Positions 29,610 to 40,591 of a DNA stretch of 64,000 nucleotides are shown here, in pieces (position 1 is the stretch's first letter; every line of letters starts with the position of its first letter). Source of the DNA: Candidatus Methanomethylophilaceae archaeon (GTDB lineage Archaea > Thermoplasmatota > Thermoplasmata > Methanomassiliicoccales > Methanomethylophilaceae). The DNA lies in assembly GCA_944320485.1 (NCBI GenBank), contig CALUHQ010000072.1, positions 9,154-73,153 of the forward strand, given 5' to 3'. The notes beneath the pieces were generated by a model. That model searched no databases. It was not told the origin of the DNA and saw only the letters and a list, made by a program, of their open reading frames with translations. Position numbers and translations under genes: made by a program.

Positions 29610-30491
29610 ATGTTCGCCGAGGCATGCAGGAAGGCCGCTGAGTTCACCAGACCCGTGGTGGTGTCCACCCGCCACCAGAACGGGGAGGTGAAGACCGAGT
29701 GCGGGAGCTTCATCGTCCTCAACCGCGAGGGATGGGTCCTGACGGCCGGCCACATGTACGACTCCTTCGTCAAGTACCAGAGCGACAGCAACAAGCTGAA
29801 GGAGATACAGGCGCTGAACGAGTCGCGCCTCTCCCGTCCGGGCAGCCCGTCCTCGGAGGTGAAGCCGGACCCGTCCTACATCGTCAAGCATTCTTTCTGG
29901 TGGGGATGGGACGGCGTCAAACTGAACAACGTCTTCGTCAACCGCCAGGTGGACATCGCCGTCGGAAGGCTGGAGCCCTTCGACCCCAGCTGGATCAAGA
30001 CATATCCGGTCCTCAGGGACCCCGACGGAGTCGTCCCGGGGACCAGTGTCTGCAGGACAGGATACCCGTTCCTCAACATTTCCTCGACCTACGACGAGAA
30101 GCTGGAGGCGTTCCGGATACCGAAGATCCCGATAAGGGAATCCGTCTTCCCCAACGACGGCATGGTCACCAGGATAGTCTCCAGGGGGATGACCAACGAC
30201 AACAAGTTCGAGCGCCTCTACGTGGAGACGTCCACCCCCGGCCTCCGCGGGCAGTCCGGCGGACCCGTGTTCGATACGGAGGGCCGCCTGTGCGCGATGC
30301 AGGTCCAGACCGTCCACATGCCGCTGGGATTCCACCCGACGGTGGAGTACGACGGGAAGTCCGTGGTGGAGAACCAGTTCCTCAACGTCGGCCTCGGCGT
30401 CCACGTGAGGACGATCCGCGCCGTCCTGGACGACCGCAGTGTCCGCTACGACTGCGAGGGCGACGAGACCGGGTTCAGGATAATAGATTGA
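29610..30491 (+). CDS. Trypsin-like serine protease
   Basis: Catalytic motifs LTAGH, VDIAV, GQSGGP. Confidence 0.85.
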   Translation: MFAEACRKAAEFTRPVVVSTRHQNGEVKTECGSFIVLNREGWVLTAGHMYDSFVKYQSDSNKLKEIQALNESRLSRPGSPSSEVKPDPSYIVKHSFWWGWDGVKLNNVFVNRQVDIAVGRLEPFDPSWIKTYPVLRDPDGVVPGTSVCRTGYPFLNISSTYDEKLEAFRIPKIPIRESVFPNDGMVTRIVSRGMTNDNKFERLYVETSTPGLRGQSGGPVFDTEGRLCAMQVQTVHMPLGFHPTVEYDGKSVVENQFLNVGLGVHVRTIRAVLDDRSVRYDCEGDETGFRIID

Positions 30492-30537
30492 GGAAGAAGG
30501 TTGACAGGAGGGCCGTCGCCCGCCCGTCATGACCGTA

Positions 30538-31077
30538 TCAGACGGACCTGCCCATCTCGTAGGCCTGGTCCATGAAGGGTGTGCCCCTGACGGCCCCCTT
30601 CTCCCAGACCCCCGTGGCCTTCAGCACGCCCCTCTCGACCGCGCCCTCCATGCAGTCGCGGGTGAGCCCGCGGAAGCATTCCAGGGACAGGTCCAGCATG
30701 TGGTCCTCCGGATCGGCCGCCGCCACTATGAGGTAGACCTCCTTGTCGGCCAGCTTGGTGTAGAACGGTGCGAGCCTGTCTATCAGCGCCTTGATCTGGG
30801 CGGTGACTGTGTAGAAGTACACGGGCGAGGCGAAGACGAGCACGTCCGCGGACATCATCTTGTCCCTGATGCCCTCCATGTCGTCCTTATGCACGCATCT
30901 GCCGGTCTTGACGCATGAGTCGCAGCCGGTGCAGTAGTGGATGTCCATGTCGCAGACCCTGATCCTCTCGACCTCGTGGCCGGCGTCCCTGGCGCCGTCC
31001 GCGAAGCGGTCGCAGAGCAGGTCGGTGTTGCCTCCCTTGCGGGGGGAACCCGATAGGATGAGAACCTTTCCGCACAT
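30538..31077 (-). CDS. Flavodoxin / iron-sulfur flavoprotein family
   Basis: GSPRKGGNT, CTGCDSC...C, FASPVYF. Confidence 0.9.
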   Translation of the reverse strand: MCGKVLILSGSPRKGGNTDLLCDRFADGARDAGHEVERIRVCDMDIHYCTGCDSCVKTGRCVHKDDMEGIRDKMMSADVLVFASPVYFYTVTAQIKALIDRLAPFYTKLADKEVYLIVAAADPEDHMLDLSLECFRGLTRDCMEGAVERGVLKATGVWEKGAVRGTPFMDQAYEMGRSV

Positions 31078-31189
31078 CGTGAGGTGTAATTGCGTTGCGG
31101 GGTAGTCAAGCTTTGCCGTCGGCCATGGCGTTCGGCCCTTTCGGCCACCCCTCCGTCCCCCTTAAGTATGGCCCCCGCATCGCTGACGC

Positions 31190-33262
31190 ATGCAAGGTCT
31201 GTTCTGTCCCGGCTGCAAGAGCCTACTGGCCCCCGGCAGCAAGCGCTGCCTGAGATGCGGCATGTCCGCCGACGGCCTGATGACCAGCAGCCAGTCGTGC
31301 CTCGGTGAGGCCCCGGTGAGGAAGGAGAGGCCGGCGCCGAAGATGGTAGATCACGCGAACGCGGAGGCACCCTTCATGCCCTACGAGCCCCGCGGTTGCC
31401 AGATGGACATCATCACCGACATCCGCACGTTCCTGGACGAGGGCCGCCATGTGGTGATCGAGTCTGGGACCGGGACGGGCAAGACCATCGTCTCTCTTGC
31501 CGCCACCCTGGAGCACGCCTCCCGCACCGGCAAGAAGGTCGTGTACCTGGTACGCACAATCACGCAGACCGACGCCGTGATGAAGGAGCTCCGCGCGATA
31601 TCGTCGATAAAGGAGGTCTCCGGCGTCCCCGTCACAGGAAGGGGGAAGTCATGCCCGCTGTTCCGCGGTACGGACGGGTTCGAGACGCTCCCATCTAACA
31701 TCTTGTCCATGATGTGCGAGGACCGCAGGCTCAGGAGCCAGAGGGGGCAGGCGGGAGGGTGCAGGTTCTACGACCGCGTCGAGACAGAGATGCCGGCGAT
31801 CGAGAGGTTCTGGAGGTCGTCCGTGCCATCCTCAGACGAGCTGGACAGGCACTGCGAGAAGCTCGGTGTCTGCCCCTATGAGGTCAAGAAGAGGCTGATG
31901 CGCAAGGCCGACGTCGTGGCGGCACCGTACATCCAGGTCCTCGACCCTGACATCCGCGAGAGCCTCATGGCCAACATGGACCGCTCCGACGACCCCTCGG
32001 GCATCGTAATCGTGGTGGACGAGGCGCACAACTTCCTCGATGCGGCCAGGGACAGCGAGAGCTTCACCATCGACCGCCAGATGGTGGACAACGCCATCGA
32101 CGAGTGCACCGCGTTCCGCGACCCCAGGATATGGGAGGAGGTGAGGCTCGAGGACTTCCTGAAGCACTTCAGGGCATGCATCCGCGCCTCCGCCAACGAC
32201 CTCCTCGGACTCAACGAGAAGTCGGCGGTGATCAAGGACGACTCCTTCGAGAGGATGATGATGTCCAGATTCGGCATGTCCCGCACCGACCTGGAATCCG
32301 CCGTCGAGAGGACCATCGACCTGGGCTCCGCCCGCACCGAGGTCCTGGTGGAGAGGGGCGAGAACAGGGTGTCCCCGGTGGAGGAGCTGGCTGTGAGGAT
32401 GCGCTGGTGGCTGTCCTCGGGCTCCGAGAGGTTCGTCCGCACGGTCAACGCCGGCGAGGACGGGGAGTTCCTCAGCGCGTCCTGCATCGATCCGAGGGAG
32501 ATATCGTCGTTCCTGAACAAGGTCCCCGGAACCCTGCACATGTCCGGGACGCTCCAGCCCCTCGACCAGTACGCGAGGGTGCTCGGGCTTGGGGGCAACC
32601 CCCGCTTCCGCACCTACCCTTCCCCGTTCCCGCCAGGGAACAAGATGGTCCTGTACGCCAGGGATGTGACCACCAACTACAACGAGATGAGGGCGGACCC
32701 CACGATGCAGAAGCGCATCGAGCGGAGGATCGCTGAGCTCTGCGACGCCGTGGACAAGAACACCCTGGTCTTCTTCACGTCATACAATATGATGCGCACC
32801 ATGCGCCCCTATCTGGAGACTCACATCGTGAAGCCGAAGTACTGGGAGGAGTCCGGCAACCAGAGGCGCACCGCAGACAACCTCGCCAGGTTCAGGGAGG
32901 GCCGCAACGGCGTGTTCTTCTCGGTCATCGGCGGCTCCATCGCCGAGGGGATAGACTTCCCCGGGGAGGAGCTCTGCTTCGCCATCATCGTCGGCATACC
33001 CTTCCCGCCCCCGTCCAAGGAGATGGACGAGATGAAGGCCCTCTTCGACCAGCGCTACAACGGCAAGGGATGGCTGTACACCAGCCAGATCCCGGCGGTC
33101 AGGAAGATGAACCAGGCCATCGGACGTCTTATCAGGACCGAGACCGACAGGGGAGCGGCCGTGATCCTGGACCACAGGGTCTCGCGCTTCGCGTCCAGCC
33201 TGGGCGCTGTCCCATCCGACGACCCCGTGGGCGATGTGGCCAGGTTCTTCTCGAAAGGATGA
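31190..33262 (+). CDS. xpd: XPD/Rad3-like Fe-S DNA helicase with an N-terminal zinc ribbon
   Basis: SGTGTGKT, four Fe-S Cys (CPLF, MCED, CRFY, CPYE), DEAHN, SGTL, EGIDF, QAIGRLIR. Confidence 0.9.
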   Translation: MQGLFCPGCKSLLAPGSKRCLRCGMSADGLMTSSQSCLGEAPVRKERPAPKMVDHANAEAPFMPYEPRGCQMDIITDIRTFLDEGRHVVIESGTGTGKTIVSLAATLEHASRTGKKVVYLVRTITQTDAVMKELRAISSIKEVSGVPVTGRGKSCPLFRGTDGFETLPSNILSMMCEDRRLRSQRGQAGGCRFYDRVETEMPAIERFWRSSVPSSDELDRHCEKLGVCPYEVKKRLMRKADVVAAPYIQVLDPDIRESLMANMDRSDDPSGIVIVVDEAHNFLDAARDSESFTIDRQMVDNAIDECTAFRDPRIWEEVRLEDFLKHFRACIRASANDLLGLNEKSAVIKDDSFERMMMSRFGMSRTDLESAVERTIDLGSARTEVLVERGENRVSPVEELAVRMRWWLSSGSERFVRTVNAGEDGEFLSASCIDPREISSFLNKVPGTLHMSGTLQPLDQYARVLGLGGNPRFRTYPSPFPPGNKMVLYARDVTTNYNEMRADPTMQKRIERRIAELCDAVDKNTLVFFTSYNMMRTMRPYLETHIVKPKYWEESGNQRRTADNLARFREGRNGVFFSVIGGSIAEGIDFPGEELCFAIIVGIPFPPPSKEMDEMKALFDQRYNGKGWLYTSQIPAVRKMNQAIGRLIRTETDRGAAVILDHRVSRFASSLGAVPSDDPVGDVARFFSKG

Positions 33263-33345
33263 ACGTGCATCCAGCCTTCAATTGAATTACTAGTCAAAGC
33301 GCAGGTCAGCAAGCCGTTTATACGACATGTGTTATCGAGCCCCTC

Positions 33346-34308
33346 ATGCCACTGTTGGATGTGCTTGAGGACATAAAGGTCTGGATAGCGGTAGCCATAG
33401 TCCTGGCCCTCGCCATAGGCTTCGACAGCCCCGACGCATCCACGATCATGATGGTCGCCCTCATCGCACAGATGGCCGTGGCCCTCGACGGCATCCAGTT
33501 CGGCCGCGATGACTTCCCCAAGTACAAGGAGCCGATCCTGGTCAACATCATATGCTGCTTCGGACTCTGCACGGGCATCACGCTCCTGACAGGGCTGTTC
33601 TTCATCGATGACCAGGCACTCTGGACCGGGTGGGTCATGCTGTCGGCGGTACCGTGCGCGATCTCCGTTGTCCCGTCCGCGCTGTTCCTGAAGGCGGATC
33701 CGAAGCTGGCCGTCCTCTCGCTGACCGTGATATACGTGGTGGCGATCGCCGTCACCCCGTTGATCACACATGTCCTCATCGGGGACTCGGTCAACCCGCT
33801 GGAGGTCCTCAGGTACATCCTGATGTTCATCCTCATCCCGTTCGTGCTCACGGTCCCCCTGAAGAGGCTCCATCTCAAGAGGGCACCGAAGACCGTGTTC
33901 ATCAACATCATGATGTTCGTGCTGGTCTTCGCCGGGCTCGGTTCCAGGCAGGAGTTCGTGTTCGGGGAGCCCACGGTGGTGCTGGCACTCGTGGTCGCAT
34001 GCATACTGCGCATATTCGTCGTTTCCACGGTCATGGTCTACGCCATGAGGAGGATGAGATGTAACCGCGACCACGGGCTCAACTATGTCACGTTCACGTA
34101 TTGGAAGAACAGCGGGATGTCGGCGAGTCTCACCATGGGGCTGTTCGCGGCCACCATGCCCGAGGCTGTGCTGCCGTGCGTTGTCTCCCTGATAGTCGAG
34201 GCATGCTGGTTCGCCATCCTGACGAAGTACATCGACAGGATGTGGCCGCCAGCGGTCGACTACGACAAGGTCCTAACGGAGGAAGCTGAGCTTCCGACGA
34301 AGGACTGA
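33346..34308 (+). CDS. Bile acid:sodium symporter (BASS)-like membrane protein
   Basis: About 9-10 TM helices; AVPCAISVV and KNSGM motifs. Confidence 0.7.
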   Translation: MPLLDVLEDIKVWIAVAIVLALAIGFDSPDASTIMMVALIAQMAVALDGIQFGRDDFPKYKEPILVNIICCFGLCTGITLLTGLFFIDDQALWTGWVMLSAVPCAISVVPSALFLKADPKLAVLSLTVIYVVAIAVTPLITHVLIGDSVNPLEVLRYILMFILIPFVLTVPLKRLHLKRAPKTVFINIMMFVLVFAGLGSRQEFVFGEPTVVLALVVACILRIFVVSTVMVYAMRRMRCNRDHGLNYVTFTYWKNSGMSASLTMGLFAATMPEAVLPCVVSLIVEACWFAILTKYIDRMWPPAVDYDKVLTEEAELPTKD

Positions 34309-34366
34309 GACGCCAGGATCCATGGATCTCCGATCTCAACGGATTTCCGAAGGTTATTCCACGGAC

Positions 34367-35728
34367 TCATCCCGTCAGATCATCTAGGCCGACCAGGGTC
34401 ACATACCCCATCGCCGCCTCATCCATGACCTCGTCGTCGAACCCGGACACCGAGAACAGGACGATCCTCTGGGTGCGATCGTCCTTCGTCAGCTCTATGT
34501 CACGGCGGAACCGACGCAATGTGCTGTGGGCGTATTCGCTGTTGATGAACTTGCAATCCCCGAACAGCGAGACCTTGACGTCGTCCTCCAGCACTGTGGC
34601 CACGATGTCCAGCTCCCTGATCTGCCTGTTCTCATCGGGCCCCCACCACTTGCCTATCTCCAGACAGTCCCAGTGATTGATGACATAGTCCGTGCACATG
34701 TCCTCGAAGCGATGTCCGAGGAACGTTCTGATACGAGGCTCGAGCACGGAATACTTCCTCTCAGCATCCATCATCGGGACGGAATCGGCGTATGCGACGA
34801 CCTCCTTGCAGAAAGCGACAATGTTATCCGAGACCCTGTAAATGGGCTGCTTCGGGGCTCCCATCATCGGATGGACGGTGTCAACTATCCCTATGGAGCC
34901 CAGGTTAGCCAGCGCGTTGGTGCATGTGGTCCTGTCGATGCCGACCCTCTCGTAGATCTGCTTGTGGCTTGTGCGGCCCTCGCTGATGGCGTTGACTATG
35001 CCTATGTAGCGATCCCTTGGGGAGAGTTCGGCGACTATCATGTTATCCGCCTCGTCCCTCAGGTCCGCCGTATCGGAAAGGAAATGGCGGATGACGTAGT
35101 CCCTGTAACTACCGTCGACTTCCATCGCATGGTACTTCGGCACACCGCCTAACGTCAGGTACAGCATGACCTGGTCCAGCTTGGGGAGCTCTGGATGGAA
35201 CCTCATACAGTCCGAGAACGGCATCGGACCTATCTCCATGCGGTTGTCAAACCTCCCGTACAGGGGACGCTCGTACTCCTCCACCTCGCGCCTCATGACG
35301 CTTATGGAGGAACCGCAGATTATCAGCATGGTGTCCGTGCCCGATACGGAGAGGTCTATGAAGCGCTGGACCACGGAGGATGCGGCGGGGATGTTCTCGA
35401 TCATGAAAGGGAACTCGTCCAGGACCACGATGAGCGGTTCCTTCCTGCAGAGGACGGCGATGTCCTCGAAGGCGTCCTGAATGAAAGCGTAATCCTCGCG
35501 CCCCACGCCGTCGAAAGCGGAGATCGACAGGGCCAGGTTGTGCAGTACGTCTGCGGCGGAACCGCGGGGACTCTGGATGTAGAGGGCACGCTTCCCCTCG
35601 CAGAACCTCTTGATGAGCGTGCTTTTCCCGATCTTGCGGCGTCCGTACATAACCACGGTCCGGACCCCGGATCGGGAATGGATTGATTCGAGCCTTGAAA
35701 GCTCGCATTCCCTGCCTATGAACTCCAT
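34367..35728 (-). CDS. Archaeal ATPase with a DUF234/PD-(D/E)xK-type C-terminus
   Basis: FIGRECEL, YGRRKIGKS, LDEFP, GGVPKY, GKWW...ELDIV...GDCKF. Confidence 0.9.
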   Translation of the reverse strand: MEFIGRECELSRLESIHSRSGVRTVVMYGRRKIGKSTLIKRFCEGKRALYIQSPRGSAADVLHNLALSISAFDGVGREDYAFIQDAFEDIAVLCRKEPLIVVLDEFPFMIENIPAASSVVQRFIDLSVSGTDTMLIICGSSISVMRREVEEYERPLYGRFDNRMEIGPMPFSDCMRFHPELPKLDQVMLYLTLGGVPKYHAMEVDGSYRDYVIRHFLSDTADLRDEADNMIVAELSPRDRYIGIVNAISEGRTSHKQIYERVGIDRTTCTNALANLGSIGIVDTVHPMMGAPKQPIYRVSDNIVAFCKEVVAYADSVPMMDAERKYSVLEPRIRTFLGHRFEDMCTDYVINHWDCLEIGKWWGPDENRQIRELDIVATVLEDDVKVSLFGDCKFINSEYAHSTLRRFRRDIELTKDDRTQRIVLFSVSGFDDEVMDEAAMGYVTLVGLDDLTG

Positions 35729-35751
35729 GGTATGATGAATGCGGTTTGTAT

Positions 35752-35798
35752 TGATAAAATTATTTTCTCAATTTTTTACTGAGAAATAATTTTCATCA
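35752..35798. promoter_or_regulatory. AT-rich imperfect inverted repeat upstream of the ATPase
   Basis: TGATAAAATTATTTTCTCA-N9-TGAGAAATAATTTTCATCA. Confidence 0.55.
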
Positions 35799-36096
35799 GC
35801 GAAATAATAACATCTAAATCAAATGTTCAAGGAACCAATGGAACGGGGCCGATGCATTTTCACGACCTCTAGGCCCTCTGCAACAGAATCACCACATCCC
35901 AGTCCTTCGCCCGGTAAACGTGAACGCCAATAACCCCGGAACGGACGGCATCATATCCCAGCATACCATGCCATGGGCCGATGGCGGATCCGAGTTCTGC
36001 GAATCCCTTCCCAACATTCCTCGCCTGCCGTCACCCATATTGGAGGATTGTAGAAGGGTGTCCCCTCCCCATAGGGAGGGTAAAATATTTCCAAGA

Positions 36097-36370
36097 TCAC
36101 TGTTCGGACATGAGTTCGTCGATGTCGCCGAGCCTCTCGGCGACGTCCTTCCCCCATGCCCGTGAGGCTCACCAGCTTGGCCCTACGGCATCGTCCGTGC
36201 AAGTTAGGCCGGCATCCTCCAGTCTCACGAGCTTCTTCGGCACATTGGTACTGCATCCCACCGCGGTAATAGATGTCCATTCGGACGCTGGGCCCGTGTT
36301 CGGACAGGTACATCAGTATCGGTATGGCGTGCGTTTCGCACAGCACCGACATGCGGTGGGCTGCCTTCAT
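36097..36370 (-). pseudogene. Small winged-HTH regulator with three apparent indels
   Basis: Joining frames gives MKAAHRMSVLCETHAIPILMYLSEHGPSVRMDIY/TAVGCSTNVPKKLVRLEDAGL.../RAKLVSLTGMG/KDVAERLGDIDELMSEQ; ATG overlaps the adhesin stop. Confidence 0.65.
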
Positions 36371-39300
36371 CACTTCCTCCTGTACTCCATCACAATGAAG
36401 GCCGCGAGGATGGCTGCGATGACCGCCGCAGCAGCGCATGCCGCGACGGTGGCGGTGTCGTCCTCATCGGCATCGTAGATGATCTGCGGGGGCAGCGGGA
36501 CGTAGTCGTCATCATCGTCGGGCATGGGCACAAACGGAACATCACCATACTGGATCTCCGTCATCTTCGTGTCGTAGGCCATCCTTCCATCGCTGTCCTC
36601 TATCAGAACGGCGAACAAGTAGGTTCCGGCATCGGAGATGGTGAATGTTCCCGACTGGTTCTCCCCGAGCTGCATCTCTGATGTGCCGTACATGAATACG
36701 ACTTCCAGATTTTCGAACAGCGGATGAGTGAAAGTTACGGTCACTGTGATGGAGTCACCTTCATAGAGAACTCCTGATAATGTTACGGATATTTCGGGGT
36801 CATCGAGACTCCACTTCAATGGTACGATAACATCATCCATGATGTTGGTGAGAGTCAGATCGGAATCATCCCACACATAGGTGTATCCGATCCTGTCTAT
36901 CACTTCCGGATAATCAGATGCAGATACAGAGCCTCCGTTGGGGACATACATCGTCTTGAGGGTCTCGGCCCCGTCCACAAAGGTCACCACCGAATACTTC
37001 GATTCATCGTATGTGTATGTGAAAGTTCCCAGTTCCTTCGATTCCACCCCGTCCGTCGGAACGACGGTGATGGTCACAGTAACGTTACCCGGAGCTGTCA
37101 ACGCAAGCGAAGCACCTGTGCTTCCGTTGGACCAGGCTATGTTCAGCTCGGCACCGTCATAGACAGCGTCGATACTGGGAGTCAAGACCAACGCAGAACC
37201 GGCCACTGACTCGTTCCAATTGATCTCAGAAACTACTTCCGAAGACACTGCCCATACAGGTACGAGAACGATGTCGGAAGACACGGTGGCTGTCGAATCC
37301 CATGTACTTCCATTCTCCGTGGTCCACCCAGTGATGTCGAATCCCTTCCTGTCCGATTCGGGATAGGACGGAACCGTTCCAGATGCGACCTGAACCACGC
37401 TTTCGCCGGACCACATCTTGAACTTGACATCCACGGATGTCTGGGCGACCAAGCCTGTACCGTTGTTGTACAAGACCATGTTGCTGTAGTACGAGAAATC
37501 GAACATTTCTGGCGTTGCCGATGCTCCCTTGACGAGCATCGTACCAGCGGAGGGCGTGGACCTATAGCTGATCTCGACGGGATTCAATGGTTGGAATCCC
37601 TCCTTGACCTCGAAGAGCCCCGGCATATCTATATTGGATGCTCCGGTAAAGACGACCATCTGCCCTATCTCGCAGTTTCCAGCTAATGTGACGACGGTTC
37701 TCTCAGTGAAGTTGGTTGGAACCTCGATGTAAAGGTCCTGTGCCTTCGATGAGGAATCGAGCTTCGAATTATCGCTGAATGTCACACCATCCAGATTCAG
37801 AGTGACATAGTATCCGCTGTTGTTGTACAGCCAGATTACTCCGTTTCCCCTGTATTCGTTCGCTATGAACTTTGTATTTGTGACATTCGCAGTCACATCC
37901 TTGCTGGTTGCCTGGATTGTCATCGCTGCACCCTTACCTCCGCTGTAGTTGTCCTTGAACTCGCAACCAGAGATCTCGACGTTGGCGTTTGTCACGATGA
38001 TTGGACTGTATCTGTCCATGGGAGTGAAGATCCCAGTGACGGTTGACCAGGTCATGGTGAGAGAGGAGGATATAGCATAGATTGCCGAATCTTGGTTCCC
38101 CTTCAAAGTGGAATCGGTTATCGTCACCACAGCGCTAGATGCGCTAACCATGTAAGCGTTTGAATCGAGGGTTCCAGAGAACGCTCCGTCGAGTGTGACG
38201 TTCTCAAGCACGAATTCGTCTCCGGAGCCAAGCGAGAACATGACTCCCGAGAATGCGCCACCTCTCTGGATTGTAATGCCAGAGACAGTGAGTTTACCGT
38301 CCACATTTATCGTCTTCAGAATCTCGGCGGGCTTTTCGGAGTAGGCGGCATATTCGAAGGCGTCAGTGAAATCTGTGAAATTCTTACCATCGACAGAGAC
38401 CACTGCATCTTCGTCGGAGACCTCTGTCGCACCATAGGTGCCGTCCGGATTCTGTGTGAACGTGTATCCAGGGGCGGCATACGATCCGCCGTTCTCGGCA
38501 TCCTGGCTGTAGTCATAGGCGAAACTTCCGCCGTAGATGTTGATGGTCTCCCACTGCTTCCAGTTAGCGTCGATGGCATTGATGATGTACTTAAGCTGGT
38601 CAGGATGGGCCGTACCCATAGTGGACGATACGCCGAACGTACCACTGTTGATCACCAGGATTCCTGTCTGGACCTGGATGGCCGTCACACCGCCCTTGTA
38701 GACGCCTCCATTCACCGTGAGGTTCCCTCCGAGGATATTGACACCATAGGAACCGTCGTTTCCGAGTTCGCAGTCGAATCCGCCTGTGGTTCCGGTGAAG
38801 GTCACATCACCGGTGATACAGAAGAACGTCGGATAGGTGCTGAACGAGAAACTGGAATCGTATGGGGTTTTGTCCCAACTCAGGGTATGCTCCCCGAAAT
38901 CTATGGTGATGTCGTTCTGAATGGTTATCATCACTGACAGCCCCATAGGTGAGGTGTTGTCCTTCGGAATAATCGAAACGTCGTCCAAGAGAACCACGGT
39001 GTAACCGTCCAGAGCGTCTTCAACAGCCCTTTCCAGGGACACATACGAGCCAACAACGTTTCCATTGGCATCCTTCAACTGTACAGCAGGGTTTGTCACC
39101 GAAACTGTACCGTTCTCCACACCGCATCTGGTATCCACCAGATCGGAATTGCTCTCCAATGCGGGCGAATATGTTCCGCCTCTGATGAATCCGGAAGCAG
39201 CATCATTGGCCACGGAAACTGCTATCGGAGCAAGGGCACCATTGCCTGTGCCTGTCGTCGCATTCTGACTAACCGAGAAACTACCGCCAGTCACATCCAG

Positions 39301-40286
39301 TATGAAGGCGTCGGTGCTGTCATCATCGTTGATATAAAGGGGCACAGGGGCTGTGAATGTACCTCCACGGATGTCGACCTCCACACTGGGAGCAGTGCTG
39401 TAGGACACGACACTGATGGCCGTACCCGCAGTTGTGGCCCCGTTGTTGTTGTCCACATAGCTAGCCGTTGTCCCGGTACTGGTTATCGTCGGGTTTCCGA
39501 TGATGTGCAGCTCTCCAGACCTTATCTCGACTCCGACATCTGCCGAGATGGTGGAGTCGTAGATATTGAGGACAGCATATCCGGCAATATACACACCGTT
39601 GTTTCCGCTGGATGAGATCTTCGAACTGTCATTGAGGTTGAAGATTGGGGCTTGGCCAACGTCATTGTTGTTTCCATTGATGTACAGAGCGCAGCCGATG
39701 ATTCCGGTTGGATTGCACACAAGGGTTCCATCTATGTCAACCTGAATTCCATATCCAGCCTCTTGGATATGAACGGGTATGTATCCTGAGATGGTTGCCC
39801 CCGATCCAACCGTTAAGTGGGTGTAGATGGCATCAACCTCGTCAGAAGCACCATTGAGCATGATGGTTCCATTGCTGGAGCTGGACGATGTAGTTTGCGC
39901 CATTGTGCCCGAGTCCGTAGAATCACTTGAGCCGTTGATCGTGACGTCTCCTTGCTTGATCACCAGGGATTGGTTCAAATTGAAGGTCAGAGTATAGACG
40001 TCTAGATCGAAAATAATCGAATATGGTTTATCAAAGGTGATGGTATCGCTGGTACAGTCTTTAAGTAGTCTGACTGTAGGCCGTCAGTCGCCGCGTTGAA
40101 TGCAGCTGATACTGTATCAAAGGTCATCGAAACGCTTCCATCGGCGTAAGTAACCGAAGCAACTACCGTGTCGTCCGTCTGAGTCGAATCCGTTGAATCC
40201 GCCGCATCCGATACTGAGACTGGGACAATGCACAGCAACAATGCAACAGCGGCAGATAGTACCGCTGCTTTGATGATCTGTTTCAT
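36370..40286 (-). pseudogene. Large adhesin-like surface protein with a frameshift near 40078
   Basis: Signal peptide MKQIIKAAVL...VSDAA in one frame; TVRLLKDCTSDTITF... continues in the frame of 36370..39978; beta-helix-like body, InlB-B-like repeats, C-terminal TM; visibly lower GC than flanks. Confidence 0.8.
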
Positions 40287-40358
40287 CTGGTCCTCCATTT
40301 CTGGAGGGTGGGAGGAAGAAACAGAACGGTCGTCCCCCCCCCCAGCGCTATTTAGCAA
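40287..40358 (-). promoter_or_regulatory. Poly-G (G10) leader with an SD-occluding hairpin
   Basis: C10 at 40334-40343 on the + strand; minus strand CCTCCA-GAAA-TGGAGG (40292-40307) ends 5 nt before the ATG. Confidence 0.6.
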
Positions 40359-40519
40359 TACGTAATCGGCATTTCAATCCTTAAACTATGCTTCTTAAAA
40401 TGTAATCTGATGACAATCATCATATTCCCAGATTAACAGACATCCCCTCATGGAACCGACCCCGAACAGGTGCCAGATTTCTCCACTCTATATGCTTTAA
40501 ATTCTCTAAAGCACATTCC

Positions 40520-40591
40520 TTGCATACGATTTTCGGCGGGGGGGGGGGAGCCGACTCCAAGGCTCCCTCCTGTCCTCCGTAGGAGGCCGCC
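40520..40591 (+). promoter_or_regulatory. Poly-G (G11) leader with an SD-occluding hairpin
   Basis: G11 at 40538-40548; GGGAGCC...GGCTCCC stem; CCTCC-GTA-GGAGG (40574-40586) ends 5 nt before the ATG. Confidence 0.6.

Noticed and set aside
40002-40004. TAG ending ORF 40002..40358 as a readthrough site
   Set aside because: The frame is already shifted near 40078; the coding sequence continues in another frame
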